Positions 10,875 to 22,053 of a stretch of DNA of 64,000 nt are shown in pieces. This DNA is from Nitrospirota bacterium (GTDB lineage Bacteria; Nitrospirota; JACRHJ01). The translations under genes and the position numbers were made by a program. Where the stretch lies: contig CAVTDB010000025.1 of NCBI GenBank assembly GCA_963733375.1, positions 64,001 through 128,000 of the forward strand, in the 5' to 3' direction. Every line of letters begins with the position of its first letter. Positions within the stretch are counted from its first letter, which is position 1. Under the pieces are notes generated by a model that saw only the letters and a program-made list of their open reading frames with translations, was not told the origin of the DNA and made no database searches.

Positions 10875-11813
10875 ATGGATACTCACGGCATGATAAAAAA
10901 ACTGATAGAGAACGTCGAGAGCGTGGTCAGGGGCAAGCCCGAGGCGGTCCATTTAGCCGTCGTGGCCCTTATCGCGCGGGGGCACCTCTTAATCGAGGAC
11001 GTGCCGGGCGTCGGGAAGACGACCCTGGCCCATAGCCTTGCCCGTTCGATCAACTGCTCCTTCCACAGGGTGCAGTTCACCTCGGACCTGATGCCCTCGG
11101 ACATCACCGGCGTAACGGTTTATGACCAGCTCCGGGCGGAGTTTGTCTTTAAGAAGGGCCCTATATTCGCGAACATCATCCTGGCGGACGAGATTAACCG
11201 CACCACGCCCAAGACCCAGAGCGCGCTCTTAGAAGCTATGAACGAGGGGCAGGTCTCGGTGGAGAAGGAGACTTATCCCCTTCCGAGTCCGTTCATGGTG
11301 GTGGCGACGCAGAACCCGCTGGAGTTCAGCGGCACTTTCCCCCTGCCGGAATCCCAGATGGACAGGTTTCTAATCCGCATGAGACTCGGATATCCAAGCC
11401 TTTCCTCCGAAAAAGAAATACTTAAGGACAGGCTGCGCGGGGAGCGGCAGAATGAGGTTTCGGCGGTCCTCTCGGGCGGGGAGGTCACGGCCCTCCAGGA
11501 GAGCGCGGACAGGGTAAAGATGGACGAGAGCCTGCTGGATTATATCCTTGCCATAGTGGAGGCGACCAGGCGCTCTGATAGACTTTCGCTGGGCGTAAGC
11601 CCGCGCGGGACCATTTTCCTGCAAAGGGCGGCCAAGGCGATGGCGGTCACGGAAGGCAGGGACTACTGCATCCCGGACGATATCAAGAGGCTGGCGGTGC
11701 CGGTACTTTCGCACAGGGTCATAACGAGCGCGAAGGCAGGCTACCGCGGCAGGAACGAAGACGCGGAAGAGGTTATCAAAGATATTATAGATTCAATAGA
11801 AGTGCCAATCTAA
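10875..11813 (+). CDS. MoxR family AAA+ ATPase
   Basis: EDVPGVGKT, RVQFTSDLMPSD, LADEINR, ATQNP, PLPESQMDRF. Confidence 0.95.
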   Translation: MDTHGMIKKLIENVESVVRGKPEAVHLAVVALIARGHLLIEDVPGVGKTTLAHSLARSINCSFHRVQFTSDLMPSDITGVTVYDQLRAEFVFKKGPIFANIILADEINRTTPKTQSALLEAMNEGQVSVEKETYPLPSPFMVVATQNPLEFSGTFPLPESQMDRFLIRMRLGYPSLSSEKEILKDRLRGERQNEVSAVLSGGEVTALQESADRVKMDESLLDYILAIVEATRRSDRLSLGVSPRGTIFLQRAAKAMAVTEGRDYCIPDDIKRLAVPVLSHRVITSAKAGYRGRNEDAEEVIKDIIDSIEVPI

Positions 11814-11947
11814 AGCCCTCCTCCCAGAGCTATTCTAAAGTTCGGATTAAACGATCGTTTTGATATATGTGGAATTCAAAAATCTTGTAACGAAAAGACA
11901 ATAATTTCGGTCTTGTTATACTATAGGGGAAGACTTCGGAGTGGGTT

Positions 11948-13024
11948 ATGAAAAATTTGGCCACATCAATTGCAACAATTGTTACCATAACCGCCTTAAT
12001 TTTCCTTATAGACATCGCCACACCCGGGGAAGTTGAGGTCGGGATGGCCTATATACTACCGTTGATCGTAGCATCCCGATTAAGCCGTGCCAGTTACATC
12101 TACATTCTGGCGGCAGTTTTTTCATTTCCGCTTATCTTCGGCTTTATGTTCTCCCCACCCCAAGTCCAGCCCGAAATTGCGACCATAAACCGCTGTATTG
12201 CCCTGTTAACCTTATGGCTGATGGCATTTCTTTTATCATCGCAAAAGAAGTCCGAGGAAGCACTCCGGGATATGGACAGGCTGAAGGCCCGGCAGGAGGC
12301 CATGGAGGTTCTGCAACAGCAGAAAGACGAATTATACGCGATGGTCACCCACGACCTGAAATCGCCTCTTACGTCCATGCTCGGCTATGCGGAACTTATG
12401 GCCGACATGCTGTCTAAAAATAAAGACTGCGGCCAGGATATTTTGGAGATGGCACAGGCCGTAAAGTCGGGAGGAGATAAGCTTGGCAACATCGTTGAGA
12501 ACTTTTTAGCAAGCGCGGCGTTGGAATCCGGAAAGATAGAGATTGAAAGGGCTTCCGTTAACCTGGGGGATGTACTCAATGATGCAAAAGAGTCCTTCTT
12601 GCCGGAAGCCAAAAAGAAAAAGATCACGATTATAACTAGTGCAGGAAATTTGCCGGTTGCGTTTATAGACAGGAAATATATCGACAGGGCTGTCGCAAAC
12701 CTTGTCCAGAATGCGCTTATTTATACGCCTCCCGGCGGAAGAGTGGACCTGAAGGCTGAGAGGGTTGACGCCTTAATAGCTATCTCCGTGCATGATACCG
12801 GACCTGGTATTGCAGACTATGAGAAAGATAAAATTTTCGAAAAATATTATCGATCTTCAACAACCAGCAGAACAAAAGGAACAGGCCTCGGCCTATTGAT
12901 TGTCAAATTGGTTGCCGAAGCGCACGGGGGACACGTGGAAGTTCAAAGTGAGATGGGCAAGGGCAGCGTGTTCACTATCTATTTGCCTGTGGACCTTAAT
13001 ACACGAAAAGCAACCGATATTTGA
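11948..13024 (+). CDS. Membrane sensor histidine kinase
   Basis: N-terminal TM helices; THDLKSPL H-box; NLVQNA, DTGPGI, GTGLGL. Confidence 0.92.
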   Translation: MKNLATSIATIVTITALIFLIDIATPGEVEVGMAYILPLIVASRLSRASYIYILAAVFSFPLIFGFMFSPPQVQPEIATINRCIALLTLWLMAFLLSSQKKSEEALRDMDRLKARQEAMEVLQQQKDELYAMVTHDLKSPLTSMLGYAELMADMLSKNKDCGQDILEMAQAVKSGGDKLGNIVENFLASAALESGKIEIERASVNLGDVLNDAKESFLPEAKKKKITIITSAGNLPVAFIDRKYIDRAVANLVQNALIYTPPGGRVDLKAERVDALIAISVHDTGPGIADYEKDKIFEKYYRSSTTSRTKGTGLGLLIVKLVAEAHGGHVEVQSEMGKGSVFTIYLPVDLNTRKATDI

Positions 13025-13254
13025 AATAATTTTTCCCTCTACTAATTCTTCCCCAAATCCCCCCGGATTTCCATAAGTCTTTTCTTAAAAAGCTTTTTCT
13101 TGCAGTCGGGGAGAAGGCTTTAGCCACCTTAAACAAAATAAATTATTATATTTTTACTTGACACAAACAAATAATTGTGCAAAACTGGAAGCAACGTAAT
13201 ATGGGGCTTTTTGAATAACTTTAATTTGCGAGAAGTAAAAAAAGGAGCCTGATT

Positions 13255-13593
13255 ATGCATGAGGTCCTTGCTATCTCAGCGATTTTGACGGCGGCGGCTT
13301 TTCTCATTTCCAGCTTCGCGGTCTTCTGGCCCGAGTACAGGGAGGCGCAAAAAAGAGAGGCGGCCGGGACAGAGGACACGTCGGGTGCGGCGGCGGGTGC
13401 ATCAGCGGCGGCAGGCGCGGGGGGGGCGGCTTGGGCGGGTGGGGCCGGGGGTTCAGGCCAGTCAGGCAACTATCCGGAATATAACATCGCTGGGCCGGAA
13501 GACATGAAGCGGTATTTCTTTAATTCTTCGGCATGCCCGGCGGCGGAGCAGGAAGAGGAACAGGAAGTCCTCGCGCTGGCGGCAAGGGATTAG
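13255..13593 (+). CDS. Hypothetical single-TM protein with Ala/Gly-rich linker
   Basis: RBS AAGGAG, hydrophobic N-terminus, upstream TTGACA at 13158. Confidence 0.5.
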   Translation: MHEVLAISAILTAAAFLISSFAVFWPEYREAQKREAAGTEDTSGAAAGASAAAGAGGAAWAGGAGGSGQSGNYPEYNIAGPEDMKRYFFNSSACPAAEQEEEQEVLALAARD

Positions 13594-13688
13594 GCCCAGG
13601 CGGCAGGCTATCAGACCAGCGCAAGCGGCACGGGATTAAGGCAGGCGCAGGCGGTAGCGGGATTAGGAAGACGCGGGCGGCAGCGGCA

Positions 13689-15127
13689 TCAGACCAGGCG
13701 CAGGACTGCTTCGGCCACGGAATAGGCATCCTTTACGCAGTCATTCAGGCCGACACCCCGGTATGCGTTTCCTGCGAAGAAGAGGCCCCGGTATTTGTCT
13801 TCGGCTTTGCTAAGGGTGGCGAGCCTCTCCGAATGCCCCAGCGTGTACATCGGGATAGCTTTTTCATGCCGGAATACGCGGGTCAGCTCCGGCCTCGCCT
13901 TCAGTGCCATGGTTATTCCAAGCTCCTGTAGAGTCAGGTCCGTAAGCTCGTCATCAGGCAGAAACGGCGTCTTATAATCCTTCCCGCCGCCCAGCATCGC
14001 CCGGATAGAGGCCCTTCCCGCAGGTGCCCTGTCCGTGAACACGCTGGAGTCCCACAGACAGCCGATCAACTTTCTGGCCTCATCCATGGCCACCAGAAAC
14101 CCGAAACCGTCAAGCTCCGAGTTCAGCTCCGTTTTCTTAAACCCCATCCCCACCACGGACATCGGGACATACTCTATCGCCGACAGCGTCTCTTTTAGTT
14201 GCGGGTCGAGCGCCGAAAGAAAATCTTTCGCGGCATGGGCGGGCGCGGCGGTAATAAATATATCCGTCTCGAACGGCGCGTCAAGGCCGCCCGCGGACAC
14301 GGTAAATTTCCCGTCCGCTCCCGCCACCCCCACGTCCCCGCCGTCCCGGTACGGCGCACCTCCAGCACCGGCGCGTTCAGCAGGAGCTTCCCCTTGAACG
14401 CCTTCCCCAGGGCGTCGGTCAGGACGTCCAGGCCTCCGTAAAAGGTGGTGAGCACCCCGCCGGGGCCGCCGGGGCCGGATACTTTACCGCCTCCGGCTTT
14501 TTTTATGCCGCCTCCGGCCTGCTTTTTCTCCCTCATTTTGCCTAACATGCCTTTAAACAGCCCGCCGTATTTCTGTTCCAGTTCGTAAATCGTCGGGAAG
14601 CAGGATTTAAGGGCCATCCTCTCCGGGTCCCCGCCGTACACTCCCATAGCCATCGGACCGATAAGCCTGTCCAGCGCCTCCCGGCCAAGCCGCCTGCGGA
14701 CAAAATCCGCCAGCGACTCATCCGACGTGTCGGTCCGCCTCGGTATCCAGTATTCTTTCAGTATGCGGAACTTCCCCCGCCAGGAGAGTAGCCCGCCCAG
14801 GAGGAAACCGGCGGGGGAGAGCAGGTTCAGCCTGCCGCCGGAATAGATATAGCGTTTCCTCGCGGCGTCGTTACTGGGCAGGAGCAGTTCTTCTATCCCC
14901 AGCTTACGGGTGAGGGCCAGGGTATCCGGCTTGTTATTCAAGAACCCGTTCGGGCCCCACTCCATGATGTAGCCGTTTTCGTGATGGGTGCGGATCTTCC
15001 CGCCCACCCGGTCGTCCGCATCCAGGAGGAATATCTCGGCGCTCTTCCCGGCGCCCTCAAGCTTCTCCTGTATGGCATAGGCAAGCGAGAGGCCGCTTAT
15101 CCCCGCCCCCGCGATGGTTATCCGCAT
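13689..15127 (-). CDS. hemG: Protoporphyrinogen/coproporphyrinogen oxidase (HemY-type), frameshifted
   Basis: GAGISGL, EWGPNGF, GVYGGDPE, GFGFLV, AIPMYTLGH, GNAYRGVGLNDC. Confidence 0.93.
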
Positions 15128-15227
15128 TATGGATGTCTCCAGTTCAAATATTATAACTGTGGAAGTTTATTTTAAAAGCAGGGAAGCGTCAAATACTTTC
15201 TAAAAAAGCGTCGTGTGGACAAGGTAA

Positions 15228-15566
15228 TTATTTGTCCGCCGTTTTCTCAGATTTTCTTAATCTAAACTTTTTCCTCATCCGTATTCCTGAATCCAGAAAT
15301 CCTTCAAAAACGACAACCGAAGTTATAAATATAAAAGCCTTCATAAATATTTTTACCGGTAATGAATGGTTTGTCATCTCCAGTGATCGCCTTCCGGAAA
15401 AATTTATTGGAGCCATTATCATGGCGGCAAATATCCACAAGGCATATTTTGGAATCTTGTTACGGATGAAGAGTGATTGCAGCAGAAAACCCAAAATAAA
15501 TGGAATTGTTCCCGCACTTACTATCACGATCACTGTAACAATGATTAGCCCTGACATAGTTGACAT
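15228..15566 (-). CDS. AT-rich hypothetical 3-TM membrane protein
   Basis: 112 aa hydrophobic ORF with upstream GAAGGTG and a marked local GC drop. Confidence 0.55.
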   Translation of the reverse strand: MSTMSGLIIVTVIVIVSAGTIPFILGFLLQSLFIRNKIPKYALWIFAAMIMAPINFSGRRSLEMTNHSLPVKIFMKAFIFITSVVVFEGFLDSGIRMRKKFRLRKSEKTADK

Positions 15567-15726
15567 AAGTATTGGCTTTCACCTTCTCAAGACAATTTAA
15601 ATAAAAGCACAGTGACCACTGGCGCTATCTCTTTGAGATTTCATTTCGGATATTCTATAGGAATTATTCATATAAACAACTGAAATTTTTTTAGAGAGTT
15701 GACATGACGGCTGGACGAGGGGCAGC

Positions 15727-16476
15727 TTAATTTCCCGGTCCGAACGTCCACTGGAAGGCGGCGTATGCGGTAAAGGTATTCGGGCCGTGGATGTCGCGGC
15801 CGGCGGAAAGGAGGATGTGGTGCTCTTCGCTCAGGTTGATTATCGCGCCTAAGTTGAAACTGTAACCGCCGCCTGCGTCCCCGGCCGGGCTTGTACTGCC
15901 GAAGATTTCACCGCCGATTGTCAGCGACTTTGAGAGGTCCCTCTGCAACAGCCAACCACCGAACCAGTAGTCCCTGTTGCCAGCTCCGGGATGATACCAC
16001 CAGCCGCCGCCCCCGTAAGTCGTCCACGGCCCCCAGCTTTTCTGCAGCCATACAGGTATAAAAACCCTTGCCCGTCCCTCGCCAAGGCCCTTTTCGCTGT
16101 CTCCGGTGGGCAGTTCAACAAGCGCAAAGACGCCGGCCTGCGGGATAAACTCGCTTTCATGGACGAAGCGATACTTCACGCCAAGCTCCATATCTCCGAA
16201 CCCGTAATGCGTGCCCAGGCCGTTTGAGCTTGAATAGGCCATCGGGACTATCATGTGGAGCTGGGTTTCCGGCAGGATGCCGTAGTTGACCTCGACATGC
16301 GGGGCGGTGAAAAAAGTGTCCCCGCCGCCGTGGGAAAAAGCCGACGCAAGATAGACTTCCCAGTGGTGCAGCTCGACCGGCTCAGGGTCGTCAGTCATAA
16401 AAGGCGGCCCGGCCCAGGCGGAAAGCGGCACGGCGAGCGCCAGCGCGGCCGCCGCGAACATTTTACCTAATTTCAT
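15727..16476 (-). CDS. Putative outer-membrane beta-barrel (transporter/MetA-pathway-like family)
   Basis: Signal peptide, GPPFMTDDPEP, GFGDMELGVKYRF, LPTGDSEKGLG, terminal FQWTF. Confidence 0.7.
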   Translation of the reverse strand: MKLGKMFAAAALALAVPLSAWAGPPFMTDDPEPVELHHWEVYLASAFSHGGGDTFFTAPHVEVNYGILPETQLHMIVPMAYSSSNGLGTHYGFGDMELGVKYRFVHESEFIPQAGVFALVELPTGDSEKGLGEGRARVFIPVWLQKSWGPWTTYGGGGWWYHPGAGNRDYWFGGWLLQRDLSKSLTIGGEIFGSTSPAGDAGGGYSFNLGAIINLSEEHHILLSAGRDIHGPNTFTAYAAFQWTFGPGN

Positions 16477-16608
16477 GTTTTCATTAATTATGAGGTGACG
16501 ACAGGAAGTATAACATACCCAAAAACGTGCAACTTCTTTTGCCTCAGAATAACCACCAGGAGCCTAACCTGTTATAATTAAAGTAGGACTTATCATAGGA
16601 GGCGGACT

Positions 16609-19027
16609 ATGTCTAACTATCGCGAACTCCAACCGGAAGACCTCACGTGGCGGCTGGACGAGGAGCAATTTACGTTTAAATCCACTGCCGAAGTGTCCCC
16701 CGTGGAAGGGACCATAGGCCAGGAGAGGGCGCTTCGGGCGCTGGACTTCGGCCTGGGGATAAAAAGCTTCGGATATAACCTCTACGTGATGGGCCAGCCG
16801 GGTACGGGCCGGGCCAGCACGGTCACAAAGGTCCTGAAAAAGAAGGCCCTGACGGCCCCGGGGCCGATGGACTGGGTCTATTTGATGGACTTCAAAAAAC
16901 CCGACAAGCCGGCTATCGTGGGCCTCCCCAAGGGGAAGGGAGGCGAGCTCAAGACGGACATGGAAACGCTTATAGACCAACTGAAGAAGGCCATACCCAA
17001 GGCGTTCGAGGGCGCGGATTTCGAGAAGAGGCGCGAGGAGCTGGTGAGCCGTGCATAACAAGCAGACCAGCCAGGCGCTGGAGGAACTGGACGCCGACGC
17101 GAACCAGAAGGGCTTTGCGGTGGAGCGCTCGCCGAGGGGCGTGTTTCTCGTGCCCAAAAAGCCCAGCGGTCAGCTTATGTCGCAGGAGGAATTCGAGAGC
17201 GAGGACCCGAACGTAAAGCAGAAGATAGAGGAGCAGGGAAACGAGCTGCAGGCGAAGCTCTGCCGACGTGATGCGCAGGGTCCGCGATGTGGAGAAGGGA
17301 CTCTCGGAGCAGCTGCAAGGACTTAAACCGCGAGTTCGGGGTTTACGCCGTCGGCCACCTTATCCAGGAGCTTCGCGACAAGTACCGGGAGTTCCCGAAG
17401 ATTCTGTCCTACCTGGACGAGGTGAACGAAAATATCCTTGAGCACTTGGACGACTTCCGCCCATCGGAGCAGACGCCCCAGATCCCGTTCGCGCCGAGGC
17501 AGGAGCCTTCTTTCGAAAGGTATAAAGTGAACCTCCTGGTCGATAACTGCTGCGCCGAGGGCGCTCCGGTCGTCTTTGAGTCCAACCCGACCTATCCGAA
17601 CCTCTTCGGCCACATAGACCAGAAGGTGCAGTACGGTTTCGCCACGACGGATTTTACGCTCATCAAGCCGGGCGCCCTGCACCGCGCGAACGGCGGCTAT
17701 TTGGTCGTGGAGGCGATGGACCTGCTGCGGAACCCGTTCGCGTACGAGGGCTTAAAGCGCGCGCTGAAGAACAAGACCGTCGCCATAGAGGACGTGCTGG
17801 AGCCGTACAGGCTGGTCTCCTTCCAGACCTTGAAACCGGAGCCCGTGCCGCTCGACGTGAAGGTGGTGCTGGTCGGCCCTCCGATGGTTTATTACCTCCT
17901 GTACTCGATGGACGAGGAATACCGCAAGCTCTTTAAAGTCCATGCGGATTTCGACAGCCGCCTCGACAGGACTCCGGAAACGGTGGACGCATTCGCCGGG
18001 TTCATAGCGGCCAAGGCAAAAGAAGAAAACCTGCTTCCCTTCTCGCGTTCCGGCGTCTCAAGGAGTAGTGGAGCATGCGGCCAGGCTGGTCTCGGACAAG
18101 CAGAAGCTCTCCCTTAAGTTCCTGGACGTCCTGGACATCCTGCGCGAGGCGTCGTACTGGGCCGGCAAGGAAAATTCGGAGACGGTGGACCGGGCGCACG
18201 TGGAGAAGGCGGTCGAGGAAAATACCTACCGGTCGAACATGCTGGAGGAGAAGATCCGGGAGGCTATAAAAGAGGGCGTGATTTATGTGGACGTCGATGG
18301 AGAGGTCGTCGGCCAGGTTAACGGCCTTTCGGTAATCGGCCTGGGCGGGTACTCCTTCGGCAGGCCGTCCCGCATAACCGCAAGTACGTTCATGGGCAAG
18401 GGCATGGTGAACATCGAACGCGAGGTGAAGATGTCCGGCCCCATCCACGACAAAGGCGTCCTCATCCTGACCGGGTATTTAGGCGATAAATTCGCGCATG
18501 ACAAGCCGCTCGCCTTTTCCGCGTCGATTGCCTTCGAGCAGTCGTATGAGGGCATCGAGGGCGACTCCGCGTCCTCAACGGAGCTGTACGCGCTCCTGTC
18601 GTCGCTCTCCGGCCTTCCGATAAAGCAGGGCATCGCCGTCACCGGCTCGATAAACCAGCGCGGCGAAATCCAGCCCATCGGCGGGGTGAACGAGAAGGTG
18701 GAGGGATTCTTCGAGGTCTGCAAACAGATGGGCCTTACCGGTGAGCAGGGCGTGATGGTGCCGGAATCCAACGTCAGGCACCTGATGTTAAAAGACGAGG
18801 TAGTCCGGGCGGCGCGCGAGGGCCGTTTCCACATCTGGGCCGTCAAGGACGCGGACGCGGGCATAGAGATCCTGACCGGGACCAAGGCGGGCGAGAGACA
18901 GCCGGACGGTACTTACCCCGAAGGCACCGTGAACCAGATGGTGGACCAGAGGTTAATCAAGTTTGCGCGGGAAATGAAGGAATTCATGGAGCCCCCGGCG
19001 GGCGGGGAGCTGCCTAAGGCTGCCTGA
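16609..19027 (+). CDS. Lon-like ATP-dependent protease (AAA_32/Lon_C), frameshifted
   Basis: GQERA, GQPGTGR, PGALHRANGGYL, GQVNGLSV, EGDSAS and IGGVNEK (Ser-Lys dyad). Confidence 0.92.
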
Positions 19028-19077
19028 GGCTGCTTAAATGGCTCGGGGAGCTTGTCTTCAAGACTTAGGGGCCGGTG

Positions 19078-19899
19078 CTAAATTTTCAGTTTCGGGTCCA
19101 GCCAGTCGCGCAGGCTGTCGCCCAGGATATTGAAGGACAGGACCGTAACGGCGATGGCCGCGCCGGGGAATATCACCGTCCAGGGCGCGGAAAGAATATA
19201 GTTGCGGGACAGGCTTATCATAGACCCCCAGGTGGGCGTGGGCGGCTGTGCGCCGAGGCCAAGGAAGCTGAGCGCGCTCTCGGCAAGGATGAAGCTCCCC
19301 ACCTTCAGGCTTCCGGCCACGATAATCAGCGGCAGGCAGTTGGGCAGGATGTGCCTGAACATTATCCTGACCGGGCCGCTGCCGGACGCCCTTGCCGCCT
19401 CCACGAACTGCTGCTCCTTCATGGACAGCACCATCCCACGCGAGAGCCTTGCAAACGACGCCCAGCCGACAAGCGAAAGCGCCAGCATGACCGTATATAT
19501 CCCCGGCGGCAAAACCACCGAGATGCCGATTGCAAGGAGCAGGCTTGGAAAGGCCATTACCATGTCCGTCAGCGCGGTCATGGCATAGTCCCACAATCCC
19601 CCGACATAGCCGCCGACAGTACCGACCACGATGCCGATAACCATCGAGATGAGCGACGCGACAAGCCCGACTAAAAGCGACACCCGCGCCCCGAATATCA
19701 CCCGCGAAAACACGTCCCGGCCCATGTTGTCCGTCCCCATCCAGTGCTTAAAGGACGGCGGAAGGCGCAGCGCGTCAAGGTTTATCCGAAGCGGGTCAAA
19801 GGGGGAAATGAAGTTCGCGGCGACGGCAATCAGGATAAGCCCGGCGATTATCAATGCCGAAATGAACGCGGTTTTATTTTTATGAACGAATAATATCAT
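19078..19899 (-). CDS. Peptide ABC transporter permease (DppC/OppC)
   Basis: HWMGTDNMGRD, FVEAARASG, HILPN, ESALSFLGLG. Confidence 0.93.
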   Translation of the reverse strand: MILFVHKNKTAFISALIIAGLILIAVAANFISPFDPLRINLDALRLPPSFKHWMGTDNMGRDVFSRVIFGARVSLLVGLVASLISMVIGIVVGTVGGYVGGLWDYAMTALTDMVMAFPSLLLAIGISVVLPPGIYTVMLALSLVGWASFARLSRGMVLSMKEQQFVEAARASGSGPVRIMFRHILPNCLPLIIVAGSLKVGSFILAESALSFLGLGAQPPTPTWGSMISLSRNYILSAPWTVIFPGAAIAVTVLSFNILGDSLRDWLDPKLKI

Positions 19900-20499
19900 T
19901 TAAAGTTAAAGCGGTTCTTCCATGGCAATTTTTTAATCAAGGTATATGAATTTCCATTCCATTTATAAATATTGGCAAATTCAGGCTCTACTCCGCTTTT
20001 ATTTTCATGAAAAACATTGCCTGAAGAAAGAAGTAACCCAATGCCGTCATCTATATCTACAATCTCGGGCATAGCTCTTACACCCTGTTCCAATGCTATC
20101 TTTATCTTCCCTTTATCATCAATCGAGAAAATTTTTATATGATACGCGCTGCCGCCAGAACCAAATCGTTAGAAGGTTTCCATCGTAAAGAGGATAGAGG
20201 CCAAGAAAATCCATTTCTTCGATTTCATAAATTTTAATTAAATTGTTATTTGCTTTCTCATAGAAACTGAGTTTTTGAAACGGAACGACGGAGTCATTTA
20301 TTTTTTGCGAATGACTAGTCACAATACAAAAAAAATCCCTACCCTTTATATTCCATTAATGCATTGTCACAATATTTTTCTCATTCAAAACATCAAATAA
20401 AGAAAAGCTCTTAATCTCATCAGCTCGACCGTCAATAGGAGTATAGAAAAGAAGCATGGAAAAAATTGCCGTCATTAAAAAAGGCAGGAATGATTTCAT
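19896..20499 (-). CDS. AT-rich exported hypothetical protein inserted between dppB and dppC (frameshifted)
   Basis: MKSFLPFLMTAIFSMLLF signal-like start; ATGA overlaps with both neighbours; fragments 20119..20322 and 19896..20093. Confidence 0.55.
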
Positions 20500-21431
20500 T
20501 TCACCCTCCCATATCTTATTCTTGGGTCGATATACGCATACGCGAAGTCGGCAAGCATGTTGAAGAACACGAACGCGGCGGAGCCGACCAGGACGGTGCC
20601 GAGGATTACGGGGTAGTCGCGCTTCATTATGCCGTCCAGGGCGTAGCGGCCGAGGCCGTCCCATCCGAAGATCGTCTCCGTCAAAACCGAGCCGTTAAGT
20701 AAGCTCCCGAAATCTATCGCCACCAGCGTGATTACCGGAATTAACGCATTACGGAGCGCGTGCTTCGCGACGACGAAAAACGGCGATACCCCTTTCGCCT
20801 TTGCCGTCATGATGTATTGCGAGCCGAGCGCCTCGATTAAGCTCATGCGGGTGATGCGGGCGACGAACGCGGCTGAGTTCAGCCCCAGGGTCGCCGCAGG
20901 CAGGACAAGGTAAATCGGGTTCCCCCCTCCCATCCCGGACGGCGGGAATATCGGCAGGATGAACGCGAACAGGAGCATCAGGACAAGCCCGACCCAGAAC
21001 ACGGGCAGGGATATGCCAGCGAGGGCCACGCCGGAAAAAATCTTCTCCCACGCCCCGCCCCGGTTCACGGCGGAGAGAATGCCGAGTATTCCGCCGAAGA
21101 GCACCGATATAAGCATCGCGGCGAAGGCGAGGCGAAGCGTGTTGGGGAACTTCTGGAGGATGTCTTCGGAGACGTCGCGTCTGGTATAGTACGACTTCCC
21201 GAGGTTTCCGTGAGCGAGAAGTCTTAAGTAGCCTATAAACTGCCTGGGTAGCGGTTTATCCTCGCCAAGTTGTTGACGTATCGCCTCGACCGTCTTTGGG
21301 TCCGCCCGTTCTCCCACCAGCCCCAGCGCGGGGTCTCCGGGTATTGCCCGCAGCAGCAGGAACGTAACGAGGGCGAGGCCGAACAGTGTGGGGATGGCGA
21401 TGAGAAGGCGTTTGGATATAAAGAAAACCAT
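20496..21431 (-). CDS. Peptide ABC transporter permease (DppB/OppB)
   Basis: IPGDPA, GNLGKS, TAKAKG, KHALRNA, TETIFGWDGLG, RDYP. Confidence 0.93.
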   Translation of the reverse strand: MVFFISKRLLIAIPTLFGLALVTFLLLRAIPGDPALGLVGERADPKTVEAIRQQLGEDKPLPRQFIGYLRLLAHGNLGKSYYTRRDVSEDILQKFPNTLRLAFAAMLISVLFGGILGILSAVNRGGAWEKIFSGVALAGISLPVFWVGLVLMLLFAFILPIFPPSGMGGGNPIYLVLPAATLGLNSAAFVARITRMSLIEALGSQYIMTAKAKGVSPFFVVAKHALRNALIPVITLVAIDFGSLLNGSVLTETIFGWDGLGRYALDGIMKRDYPVILGTVLVGSAAFVFFNMLADFAYAYIDPRIRYGRVK

Positions 21432-21443
21432 TCAACCTGACTT

Positions 21444-21600
21444 CCTGGATTCCCGCCTGCGCGGGGATGACGTGATATTTTCCTTATTCCCGCCCACCTG
21501 CGGGGAGGGGTTTATTTTCCCCTCTGCTCCCCCCTCGCCACCTGCGGGAGAGGTATTACATGCTCCCTCGCCCCTTGTGGGAGAGGGCTGGGGAGAGGGG
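21444..21600. repeat. Cluster of REP-like palindromes (family B plus dRS3-like)
   Basis: CTGGATTCCCGCCTGCGCGGGGATGAC; CCCGCCACCTGCGGGGAGGG; CCCTCGCCACCTGCGGGAGAGG; CCCTCGCCCCTTGTGGGAGAGGGCTGGGGAGAGGG. Confidence 0.75.
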
Positions 21601-21603
21601 TAT

Positions 21604-21975
21604 TTATTTCTTTTCCAGCGACGCAAGCACCATATCCAGCACTTCCATCTGGCGGGCCTCGTGCTTGTTTAAAACGCAGAGGCAGCCGCCCATCGGTATG
21701 ACCTCGTGCAGGTATTCGGCGTCCCGGCCGGAGACGATTATTATCTTCTTTTTGTCCAAACCACGCGATATGGCGTACATCAGGAGCTTCTTGCCGTCCA
21801 CGGCAGGCATTTCCAGGTCTATCATCAAAAGGTCAAGCGAGTTATCGATCAAGGTCAGGGCCTTGATAGGGTCCTGGCAGGTAAGCGGCTCTATCCCCGG
21901 GAAACGCTCCCGGATGTGTTGGGCGAGCTTCTTCAGCATCGCCGCGTCGTCATCCACGTAAAGTAATCGTTTCAT
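21604..21975 (-). CDS. Single-domain response regulator
   Basis: MKRLLYVDDD, IDLEMPAVDG, IVSG, VLNK. Confidence 0.85.
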   Translation of the reverse strand: MKRLLYVDDDAAMLKKLAQHIRERFPGIEPLTCQDPIKALTLIDNSLDLLMIDLEMPAVDGKKLLMYAISRGLDKKKIIIVSGRDAEYLHEVIPMGGCLCVLNKHEARQMEVLDMVLASLEKK

Positions 21976-22053
21976 AGACTTGAGAGTGTAATACCGGCGG
22001 GGGTGGAAAGTCAATAATTGACTTGCATGGGCCCTTAAGGCTAAAATGGCCGT
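21976..22053. promoter_or_regulatory. Back-to-back sigma70 promoters (palindrome AAGTCAATAATTGACTT), near-leaderless
   Basis: Plus: TTGACT(22018)-18-TAAAAT(22042)-6nt-ATG. Minus: TTGACT-18-TACACT(21985-21990)-9nt-ATG. Confidence 0.65.

Noticed and set aside
21432-21672. Short ORFs 21432..21626 and 21388..21672
   Set aside because: Translations of the REP-like palindrome cluster.
22008-22024. Palindrome AAGTCAATAATTGACTT as a transcription-factor operator
   Set aside because: Fully explained by two back-to-back -35 boxes; an operator role is not excluded but is unsupported.
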